Source: Octopus vulgaris (Eukaryota). From it: a stretch of DNA of 64,000 nt. How positions within the stretch are numbered: position 1 is the stretch's first letter; each line of letters begins with the position of its first letter. Location of the stretch: assembly GCA_951406725.2 (NCBI GenBank), contig OX597818.1, positions 103,416,001 through 103,480,000 of the forward strand. The letters are read 5' to 3'. The notes under the pieces were generated by a model, which was not told the origin of the DNA, made no database searches, and saw nothing but the letters and a program-made list of their open reading frames with translations. A program made the position numbers and the translations under genes. Of this stretch, positions 53,566 to 64,000 are shown one piece after another.

Positions 53566-54104
53566 TACATAAATACAGAGACAAAGCAAGCGAGGGCAAG
53601 TTGATAATATAGGAGAATCAAGACAGTGTCAGAGTAAGATACAGTAGAAACCTATGTACGAAAATATTCAATAGATAACTCCTTTCTTTTTCCTTTTATT
53701 CTTCCATTACTTTGAGGTTACAATTCAAATTGTTATGGCTACGAATGAAGGTCCCCTGCACTCTTAGGAAAAATCGTGATAAGAATAAATTTGCCATTCG
53801 TCTTTTAGGGTCACATTATTTAGTTAGAGATGTATATCTACCGGGCTTAATTTAGTAATAGATCAAGGAAGATATATCTAATTCATCACCCCATTTAACA
53901 ACAGCACTAATTGTGGGAAGTTACCGCATAACACTGTTGTCCACTTATATTTCTTTAAGGATATGTCCCTTTCAGCTACCGTAAAATTATAGCAAAGACG
54001 TACGTGAACTAACGTCCTCTCCGTATCCTTTACAGTAAAAGGATAAATAATTAATATGTATTCGTATGTATATATATATCAGAGAAGAAAGCGTACGTAC
54101 GCCG

Positions 54105-54157
<53 letters not shown>

Positions 54158-54574
54158 ATATATGTACATATGATTAGATTATCTCATAACCAATTAGTGA
54201 TATTTCGATTGCGTTTAATACGTACGTTTCCAGAGGGTGCATTACAAGTTCTAAGCTGCCTCTTCATATAAATTCTGAAACTTACAAAAGTTGATAACTG
54301 TTCAACCTATTGCATTTTTCATATTAGGGTTACAACGTAGTACATTTATTGGCATTTAATATAGAATAATATTTATCTGTGCATTACATCTAAATTTTCT
54401 GAGAAGTTGAAGTGCATGAGGGCATATTGTCCTGTTTACACACACACACACATGCAGGCATGCACACGTAAATACACATATACAGACACATACATATGCA
54501 AATATGTGTATATGTATAAGTATATGTATATACATATAGGGAGATGTACTTGCATAGCAAGTGATTTGATCTGA

Positions 54575-54755
54575 GATCGTGTGCTGAGAGGAAAACAATT
54601 GTAGCGTAGAAGGTGTTTGTAAGCCATTTAAGAAACACCAAAAGCCGTTCGATTCACTTCAACATTTAAGTTTAATTTGTCAAAATATTTTCGTCGCTTT
54701 AAGACCGCGACCTGTTCACAGACAAAAATCTGAGAAAGTAACAGTTAGTTCGTTA
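54575..54755 (-). mobile_element. PLE-terminus-like module carrying a variant hammerhead-like motif
   Basis: Short unique module between microsatellites; contains the 54676-54726 motif. Confidence 0.5.
54676..54726 (-). ncRNA. Variant minimal hammerhead-like motif (G3-C8 core)
   Basis: Minus strand: TTTGTC t GTGAACA G GTCGC ggtcttaaa GCGAC GAAA ATAT T T t GACAAA. Confidence 0.65.
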
Positions 54756-56334
54756 TATATATGTACGTATGTATGTGTGTATGTATGTATGCACGCATAT
54801 ATGTATGCATGCATGCATGTATGTATGTACGTACGTACGCAAGTGTGTATGTATGTATGTATGTATGTATGTATGTATGTATGTATGTATGTATGTATGT
54901 ATGTATGTATGTGTGTGTGTATATGCACACACACACACACACTATAAACTTAAATCTATAAACCTGTAGTGGTGGATAGGTGTAGACTGACCACTCATCA
55001 CAATAATATCAAATTTCAACCTCCCCCGCCGAAACTAGGAAGTGATTTACGACCCTTACTCCCACAACAAAACTCTAAAACCTATTATCAGCCACTTATC
55101 TCTATATCTCAAGACTTTTCTTTTACTATTACTTATCTTGTTTTTTCCTTTGGTATAGTTAACAAACAGCATCGAGAGGTTTAGCTACCATTCCTAACAG
55201 GACACGCAACGACGTAGAGGTTTGTATATTGAATGAACATACCCTGTTGCATCCTATTTGTACATTAGTTTCAGTACACTGTAGGATTATATTTTACTTT
55301 CCTATATAACCTATAGCGTCGGGCGGATGGAAATCTAGAACGTTTAAATACATACCTTGCGTATCATTTTATACCTATTGTGACTCTACTGAAAGGAGTA
55401 TCTAACGTTTCACCTAGTTTTCCCTAAGTGATTTTAGCGATTTCTACTCTTGCAAATCTTTGGGTTAATTTTCCGATTTGGGAGAAGATATAGAACTCCA
55501 CCGTGACCAGATGACTCGTAATCAAATTCTGTTGGGCAACACCTTCCCCTCCTAAGCAGTAAAAATTATTCCTAATGTGTGTGTGTTTTTTTTTTTTTTT
55601 GTAAGTATATAATATTAATAGATTAATTCTATAATTCCAAATTCTTGATATGCTTAATATATTTATTGCCATGTGTAAATGAAACATTTCTATGAAATCG
55701 TTTATTGCAAGAGTAGAGTATTGAAATATTTCATTGCGAAATATTGCGAAATATTAACCGTACATTTTGATGTATGTGTCATCAACGTAACGCTGACACA
55801 ACGATATTTCCTATTGCAACATGATAGCATTCAGTTATCTCGGCGTGACGCGTTTGTAATGTTGAACTTTTTTCTAAGTGAACATGTCATATTCCCTGCT
55901 TTGAGCAAAACCATATCTTTATATGGAAAAGCGATGGTGACGATAATATTTCTCCAGCAGAGAATTGTGTTCTGCACGAAAAATTATTGAAGTTTAATGT
56001 TTAAATTAATGTAACGTATTAATTTTATATAAAGTCATATATATATATATAATACGTATAGAGAAAATCACATCTTTGTTGTAGAGTTCACCTTATAAAG
56101 CAGACAATTGTCTCTATTGTGTTAACATATTTAGATACAGAAAATATCATTGCAATCAATACTTCTGAAAATATATGTTATCACAGCGATTCATATATTA
56201 TTTACAATAGATTACACATATTCTACCTGTTTCGTATTATACATAGGCACATAAATAGAAATACACTTTCATTCACTCGTACATGCATATATATTAAACT
56301 TAGATATGTGTTGACCAAAGACAATTTCAAATTT

Positions 56335-56383
<49 letters not shown>

Positions 56384-56756
56384 CATATATATATATAATA
56401 CGAATGGTCAATACCTGGTAGCTTACTGGCAGGCACGGTCACTTTCACAGTGAGCGTAATGCATACATGCACACACATATATATATATACAACCTAGAGT
56501 GGATAATCTAGTACTCGAGTTTCGGATTTTCCTAATACGTCTGTTATCGTAACTTCGGTTAGTTCTCTTCAGCTAGATTCACCAAACACGAACTTTTCAA
56601 ACATTCGCTACATCAATCCCACAATAGTCGGTTGAACGCCTTACTGTAAACTGAAAGCAAATCGCTATTTTCTATTTGTAATCCTACATATTTGTAATTC
56701 TCCTTATTTGGAAAATAATACTATTGTATTGCAATAATATTTATATTGTATATACA

Positions 56757-57338
56757 ACCCCAAAACCTGTGAAAAGGGTTGCTTTTTGTTGGATGGGGGT
56801 GCTGGGTTTCCTGTTCGAAAATATATGCACACAAATATTGTGTCGTATAGTCGGCTGGAAACGATGTTTTTTTGGCGGAACAACAGTAATAATCATCCCA
56901 CCCAGGACAGCCACATTATGTTGGCCAATAGACTTTACTTTAAAGGGCTGTTTCTAAATATCTCCCTTTGAGAGATTTAGAAAAGATAATGTTTCTATTT
57001 ATTAGAACATTTAATGGTGCGTGTCACTTTGGAAATTATATATTTTCGAACAGTAATTCAGCATCGCGATGTAGCCGAGCAGCTACACTGTGCTCATAAA
57101 GCGCTATAACCCAGAAACCGGCCCACAGATGTTGCTTTGTGCTGGATGGTGGTGCTGAGCTCCCTGTTCGAAAACTTAAGGACACACATATTGTGTCGTA
57201 TAGCCAAGTGGAAAAGATTTTTCCTGGGGCTAAGCAACAGTAACAATCATCCTATCAAGGGCAGCCACATTATGTTGGGACATTTTTAAAAAAAACTCTT
57301 AGTGAATATCTCTCATTGAGAGATTTAGAAATAGTGAT

Positions 57339-57342
<4 letters not shown>
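56757..57342 (+). repeat. Diverged ~235-bp direct repeat pair (56757-56993 / 57110-57342)
   Basis: Shared blocks gttgcttt..ggatgg.ggtgctg..cctgttcgaaaa, atattgtgtcgtatag, cagccacattatgttgg and gagagatttagaaa. Ends at (TA)n. Confidence 0.8.
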
Positions 57343-57379
<37 letters not shown>

Positions 57380-57388
57380 TAGATAGAT

Positions 57389-57444
<56 letters not shown>

Positions 57445-57448
57445 ATAA

Positions 57449-57490
<42 letters not shown>

Positions 57491-57513
57491 GGATAGATAG
57501 ATAGATAGATAGA
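57343..57513. repeat. (TA)n plus (GATA)n microsatellite
   Basis: Direct inspection. Confidence 0.95.
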
Positions 57514-57651
57514 TTCTTTCTTAACGTTTTTCTACCAGTACTTGATGAATGAGAGGAAAGCAATGCAAAACATGGTCAATCAGCCATTTAAATTAAGCTT
57601 GTGGAACGTTTTATTATATCAGTGAATAGATTTAAAATAATGAACCTTATA

Positions 57652-57865
57652 TACTCTTTACTTGCTTCAGTCATTTGACTGTGACCATGCTGGAGCACCG
57701 CCTTTAGTCGAGCAAATCGACCCCAGGAGGTATTCTTTGTAAGCCTGATACTTATTCTATCGATTACTTTTGCCGAACAGCGGGGAGGTAAACGCCCCAG
57801 CATCGGTTGTTAAGCGATGTTGGGGGAGGCAGACACAGACACACAAACATAGACACACACACACA
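57652..57865 (-). mobile_element. SINE family B, 3' half
   Basis: tcagtcatttgactg..catgctggagcaccgcctttagtcgagcaaatcgacccc..cagcatcggttgt. Confidence 0.85.
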
Positions 57866-57868
57866 TAT

Positions 57869-57898
<30 letters not shown>

Positions 57899-57900
<2 letters not shown>

Positions 57901-58496
57901 CTTTACTTTGATACTTTGATAGGTTTCGGCCATTATTGGCCCAGGCCATGTCTAACTTAATAGCACCACCTGGTGAAGTCTTTCAAGTCAGAATTTGAGC
58001 ACTATGGCCCACTCAAGTAGAGACATATCCGGGTGTAGGGGGTTTATCCGGGATTTCTTGAAGGAATCTGTCCAAAGACTTCTTGAACCCTATAGGGTCT
58101 GTTTCTGTTTTAATGTGTTTTGGTGTAATGTTAAAGAGAGCGGGGCCAATTGAGGTGAAATAAATGTGCCGTATTGTTGTTATGAGATGAGAGTGCGATT
58201 TTTGTTTTGGGCCGATGGCACGGGGCCCAAGCCTTGGATGTACCTTAAAGGTGATGCCAACATCATTTGGGCAATGCTGATGGAATATTTTCCACATCAT
58301 GCAGATGATGTAGCGCTCACGACGACGTTGGAGAGAATAAAGTTTTAGCTTTTCTAGTCGACCCCAATAGTCGAGGCCTGTCATGCCATCCATCTTTTTT
58401 GTGATTGCCCTTTGAGGTGCTTCAACTTTTATGATACTTTGTTTTGTGTGGGGAGACCACAGTGGACAACAGTATTCAAGGTGGGCTCGGGCAAAA

Positions 58497-58498
<2 letters not shown>
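57899..58498 (-). mobile_element. CR1-like LINE 3' end (ORF2 C-terminus plus tail), open reading frame intact over ~160 codons
   Basis: FARAHLEYCCPLWSPH..IIKVEAPQRAITK..LDYWGRLEKLKLYSLQRRRER..FKKSLDRFLQEIPDKP; tail ending in (atcaaagt)n. Flanked by (TA)n on both sides. Confidence 0.92.
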
Positions 58499-58555
<57 letters not shown>

Positions 58556-58641
58556 CAACAATTGAGGGTAAAATTAATTAGTTATTAATCAATTTCACCA
58601 AGTATTCAGTATGTAAAGGGACCATTTAAGGCGAATTCAAA

Positions 58642-58929
58642 ATATTACATTGTATAAAAGGGCTTAGTAAAATAAATTACTTTGCCACATACTGAACTCA
58701 TTAGAAATAGCAGCCAAAAAAAGATTTTTTAGCTATTTCCAATACTTAAAGAAAATTTCTTCAGATAGTGTTTACTCAAAAGGACCCACTCATTTTGAGT
58801 AAACACTATCTGAGAGAAATTTTGTTTGAGTATTGGAAATAGCTAAAAAATCTTTTTTTGGCTGCTATTTCTAATGAGTTCAGTATGTGGCAAAGTACTT
58901 TATTTTACTAAGCCCTTTTATACAATGTA

Positions 58930-58933
<4 letters not shown>
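58642..58933. mobile_element. Fold-back element with ~140-bp arms and degenerate hammerhead-like motif in each arm
   Basis: Arms 58642-58781 and 58793-58933, loop ggacccactca. Minus arm reads CTGAAGA aattttcttt aagtattg GAAA TAGCTA. (TA)n lies directly to the right and ~90 bp to the left. Confidence 0.85.
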
Positions 58934-58963
<30 letters not shown>

Positions 58964-58964
58964 G

Positions 58965-58996
<32 letters not shown>

Positions 58997-58997
<1 letters not shown>

Positions 58998-59047
58998 GTA
59001 CTTGTTTCAGTCATTTGACTGCGGCCATGCTGGAGCACCGCCTTTAG
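58997..59047 (-). mobile_element. SINE family B 3' tail fragment
   Basis: tacttgtttcagtcatttgactgcggccatgctggagcaccgccttt. Confidence 0.8.
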
Positions 59048-59059
59048 AGTGGTGAAAGA

Positions 59060-59216
59060 GTACAGCAGGGATCACCACCTCCCGCCGGAGCATCGTGGAG
59101 CTTTTAGGTGTTTTTTTTCGCTCAATAAACACACACAACGCCCGGTCTGGGAATCGAAACCGCGATCCTCCGACCGCAAGTCCGCTGCCCTAACCACTAG
59201 GCCATTGCGCCTCCAC
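59060..59216 (-). mobile_element. tRNA-derived SINE head (additional family)
   Basis: Minus strand: ggaggcgcaa TGGCCTAGTGG ttagggcagcggacttgcggtcggaggatcgc GGTTTCGATTCC, giving Pol III A and B boxes followed by a non-tRNA body. Confidence 0.75.
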
Positions 59217-59219
59217 TGG

Positions 59220-59625
<406 letters not shown>

Positions 59626-60288
59626 GTATATAAAAAAAAATATAGAGTGCTGCTAAAATTGTAAATATTATTTGAATTTTTAATAAAATAAATATGAAAA
59701 CCTGTTAGATATAGATATATTGGTGTAATATACAGTCCATGCAGAACCGAGAAGTACAAAACGGATAACCACGGTGCAAATGCTTTATAACAAATAACCT
59801 CAAAGATCAGGTTTATTTATGTATTTTTATTTTTGTTGTAAAACTAAGTTGGTTCATATAAAAGTGAACAGCAAAATTTGTTCTGAAATGTATATTTGTA
59901 TGTATGCATTCGGGCGAATTTTTGTTTTTTGTTACTGTGGTTTCCTACAAATACAGTGCTTCAAATAACCGAGGCTGAAATAGTAAGAAAACATCAGTCG
60001 GTACGTCCGAACGTCGGTTTTGACCTGTCAGTCTAAACAAACAAAACGAAACTACTAATAGAAGGCCATAAAACAAAAGAAACTATTTTTAAAGTTATAT
60101 CAATTTAAATGTCAGTCCGAGTTCCGTTGGGTCCAAATGTAGAAATGTACATTTAAATAACTGTAATTGACAAAAACATTTCGTAATAACAAAATACGTG
60201 AGAGAAAAACAAAGTCAGTTTAGAAGGATGGAGAGAAGAGAAAAACAGATATGAGTAACGAAGAACAAATACATGAAACGTTATCTCC

Positions 60289-60291
<3 letters not shown>

Positions 60292-60338
<47 letters not shown>

Positions 60339-60416
60339 GGTATCAGTTCTTATACGCCCATACTTGATTACGTATATATATACATATATATATATATATG
60401 TGTCTGTGTGTGTATA

Positions 60417-60475
<59 letters not shown>

Positions 60476-60477
60476 GC

Positions 60478-60515
<38 letters not shown>

Positions 60516-60534
60516 GTTTGTGTGTGTATATATG

Positions 60535-60593
<59 letters not shown>

Positions 60594-60594
60594 A

Positions 60595-60672
<78 letters not shown>
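60292..60672. repeat. Long compound (TA)n-rich microsatellite
   Basis: Direct inspection. Confidence 0.95.
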
Positions 60673-60675
<3 letters not shown>

Positions 60676-60729
60676 TAACTGCTCTTTCTAGTGAGTCAGA
60701 TGTCCTATTATGGTCGTCTTTTATGTGTT

Positions 60730-60772
<43 letters not shown>

Positions 60773-60775
<3 letters not shown>

Positions 60776-61150
60776 CGCAGGAGTTTCTGTTTGTTAAGTA
60801 ACTTGTTTACCAACCACATGGTTCCGGGTTCAGTACCACTGCGTGGCACTTTGGGCAAGTGTTTTCTACCATAGCCTCGGGCAGACCACAGCCTTGTGAG
60901 TAGATTTGGTAGACGGAAACGGAAAGAAGCCCGTCGTATATATGTATATATATGTATGTGCATTTATGTTTGTGTGTCTGTGTTTGTCCCCCTAACATTG
61001 CTTGACAACCGATGCTGGTGTGCTTATGTCCCCGTCACTTAGCGGTTCGGCAAAAGACCGGTAGAATAAGTCCCGGGGTTGAGATGCTCGATTAAAGGCG
61101 GTGCACCAGCATGTCCGAAGTCAAAATGACTGGAACAAGTAAAAAGAGAA
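60773..61150 (+). mobile_element. SINE family B, full length
   Basis: ggcgcaggag head through ggcggtgcaccagcatgtccgaagtcaaaatgactggaacaagtaaaaagag tail. Confidence 0.9.
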
Positions 61151-61179
61151 AAAGAGAGAAAGAGAAATACATACATACA

Positions 61180-62242
61180 TTTGCTTACTTTCTCCTGAAA
61201 CATTTAATGTTTTTAGCTTTGATTGTGGGAGCCAGCCAGATTTGAACAGTCTTGTGCGCGTCTGGCCGAAATTGTAACGATAATCTGGAAACTGGACTGA
61301 GGACAGAAGGCCACGAACGGTCCTTTCTTGTTCTGTTTTGTCCATTTTTTTGTTTTTTTTCCTGTCCATCTTCGTATCGTCTATCTGTCCAAATGTCTTA
61401 TTGCCGACTGTTGCGTTCTTCCATTTTTGGGGATTGGCATATACATATAGCGGCGTACGTACCCTTTTTTGCTCTACTTGTAAGTAGGTATGTATTTAAT
61501 TACTGTACATTGTTATTTCTTCTTTTAATCCCTCTCATACTTCCCCCTTTCCTTGTTTTTGCTCCCCTCTCACGTTTCTTTGTCTATTTTTCATCGTTTA
61601 TCGCCCCTGTATTCATCGTTTATCTGCCTTGTATCTTCTCTATGTCCCTTTGATTTATTTGTGTTTCTCGTCCTCCCCCCATTTCTTTAATCCCTTTGTC
61701 CCCACGTCTTTCCTTTCCTCTCACGTGACCTGTATTCGGCCTAGCACGATCCTTCTTTCTTGGTTTGACTCCCAAACACGAAGTACCTGTTATTTCTGTC
61801 GCCTGAATTCCATCTCTTCTGTCCATCTATGTTCCTGCTTCAAGGCCTTCACTCCAGAAACGCCTGCTCAACTTGACTCGGCTCTATTGGTTGATAGACA
61901 CCGGTTGTTAATTTCTTGTTGTTTGTATTCGTAATTGAGTAACATTTCTTCCGTATTGTTTTCGCTTTTCAATTTTTGTTTTTCTTTTGTTGTTCTAAAC
62001 ATTGCCTTGCTTTCTCCCAAAACATTTAATGCTCTTAGCTTAGACATTTAGAGCCAACCAGGTTTGAACAGTCTCAAATGTAACCGGCCGAAACTACAAG
62101 TATAATATGAAAACTTGACTGAGGAGAGAAAGTTACGAATGACCTGTCCTTGTTTTGTCCTGTCCTCCTCTTTGTTGTTCTTCCAATTTGTCCGAGTGTT
62201 TTATTGCCGTCCGTTGCGTTTCTGTTTCATTTTTTGGATTCA
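61180..62242 (+). mobile_element. ~1.06-kb non-coding element with ~230-bp terminal direct repeats (pLTR/LTR-like)
   Basis: 61180-~61435 and 62002-62240 share ctttctcc..aaacatttaatg, gagcca.ccag.tttgaacagtct, ggccgaaa, gactgagga.agaa and gttgcgtt. (CATA)n on both flanks. Confidence 0.65.
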
Positions 62243-62302
62243 CATATACATACATACATACATACATACATACATACATACATACATACATACATACCTG
62301 CA

Positions 62303-62517
62303 TACGAGGGGGTGGGTCTGTAAATTTCCTGGATTTAAAGGTATCGCGAAAGTTCTGGATGGATGCACAACTATCTGAGGTTTTCTACGGGGCTTAGAAA
62401 AGGTGAATGAGCGCTGCAATATGTGTGGGAACCTGAACGGGGAATAAAATCATAATTAACTATGTACCTGTATTTTCTTTAACCCGATGTCAGGCACTTT
62501 TCTGCATACCGTCTTAT
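62303..62517 (+). mobile_element. Mariner-derived MITE (degenerate)
   Basis: Starts TA-cgagggggtg..ctgtaaatttcctgg and ends caggcacttttctgcataccgtctta (degenerate inverse). The TIR start resembles that of the 25242 mariner. Confidence 0.55.
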
Positions 62518-62535
62518 GTATGTATTCATATACCC

Positions 62536-62602
<67 letters not shown>

Positions 62603-62631
62603 TTGTGTGTGTGTATGTGTGAAAGCATCGA

Positions 62632-63194
62632 TCAGGCAGAATCGTTAGCACACCGGGCGAAATGCGTAGCCGTATTTCGCCTGCCGTTACGATCTGAGTT
62701 CAAATTCCGCCGAGGTCGACTTTGCCTTTCATCCTTTCGGGTTCGATGAATTAAGTACCAGTTACGCACTGCGGTCAATGTAATCAACTTAATCCGTTTG
62801 TCTGTCCTTGTTTGCGCTCTCTGTGTTTGGCCCCTTGTGAGTAGTAAAGAAATAGGTATTTCGCCTGCCGCTATGTTCTGGGTTCAAATTACGCCGAGGT
62901 TGACTTTGCCTTTCATCCTTTCGGGGTCGATTAAATAAGTACCATTTACGCACCTGGTCGATAAAATCGAGTCAATCCGTTTTTCTGTCCTTGTTTGTCC
63001 TCTCTGTATTTAGCCCCTTGTGGGTAGAAAAGAAATAGAAATTGGCATTTCATCATTCGTAACATTGTGAGTTCAAATTCCACTGAGGTCGAATTCGTCT
63101 TTCACCAGTTCGGCATTCTAGTCAAACACTTGGGTCGATGTAATATAATTTACCTCTCACCAGAAATATTTGGCCTTGTGACAAATGTTTAAAG

Positions 63195-63195
<1 letters not shown>
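62632..63195 (+). mobile_element. SINE family A with three tandem body modules
   Basis: g.ttcaaatt.c.c.gaggt.ga.tt occurs at ~62695, ~62880 and ~63070. Confidence 0.9.
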
Positions 63196-63245
<50 letters not shown>

Positions 63246-63248
<3 letters not shown>

Positions 63249-63378
63249 CGAGCGGTTATGCACGATGTTCGAATAACATTACTAAATTGCCGAATTTCTT
63301 ATAAATATATATATATTTATAAGAGTAAATTTGGCAATTTAGTAATGTTATTCGAACATCGTGTATAACCGTTCAAAT
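63246..63378. repeat. ~60-bp inverted duplication centred on short (TA)n
   Basis: cggttatgcacgatgttcgaataacattactaaattgcc / ggcaatttagtaatgttattcgaacatcgtgtataaccg. Confidence 0.95.
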
Positions 63379-63679
63379 CCCACCCGATCAGCTTTGTCAA
63401 TTCTTCAGTGCTTATAAATAATGATGATATTGGACGGAGTAAATTGTCTGTGAGATGTGAAACATTTTTCGTCGCCTGAAAGCAAGTATTTACTCCTTTC
63501 ATTCTTGTGAATATCGCCTTTCGATAATCAATGATAGAACATCTCTAAATGAGAAAGACCTAATGCAGCTGGTAATATGAAAGTTTAGTTTCAAGACTGA
63601 TTTGAATTATCACGTCGATAATATTTGTTATTTCCTTATATAAAACTTGATTTTCCCAGATGTAACTTTTTCCTAACCA

Positions 63680-64000
<321 letters not shown>

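Noticed and set aside
53001-53621. 206-aa hydrophobic ORF resembling a membrane protein
   Set aside because: It derives from (TA)n plus the complement of GA-rich low-complexity sequence; no family motif.
59135-59216. Functional tRNA gene
   Set aside because: A and B boxes are present, but the acceptor and anticodon stems pair poorly and it continues into a SINE-like body.
62632-63195. CRISPR-like repeat array
   Set aside because: Units are ~185-bp SINE modules without unique spacers; eukaryotic context and no cas genes.

Overview
AT-rich, microsatellite-dense eukaryotic genomic DNA. The repeat content points to an octopus (cephalopod) genome, which is inferred from the SINE families and the (TA)n/(CATA)n/(GATA)n load. 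No intact protein-coding gene is recognisable, and nearly all long ORFs in the track are microsatellite translations. The window is a transposon graveyard. It holds one full-length DD34D mariner with two frameshifts, plus decayed mariner, DD37D and MITE pieces. It also holds CR1-like LINE fragments, R4/Dong-like RLE LINE fragments, several Penelope-like element (PLE) remnants (GIY-YIG and RT), and many copies of at least three tRNA-derived SINE families. The most interesting signal is about a dozen type I hammerhead-ribozyme-like motifs with palindromic stem III. They sit in short PLE-terminus-like modules next to (TA)n tracts, often folded back into 230-330 bp palindromes. Two have compensatory swaps at the core 3-8 base pair (G3-C8 and U3-A8). 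Other notable points are a shared SINE/LINE 3' tail, an R4-like LINE sitting inside a (CATA)n tract, SINEs with tandemly amplified internal modules, and weak candidate decayed exons. All calls were made by eye; coordinates of degenerate elements are approximate.
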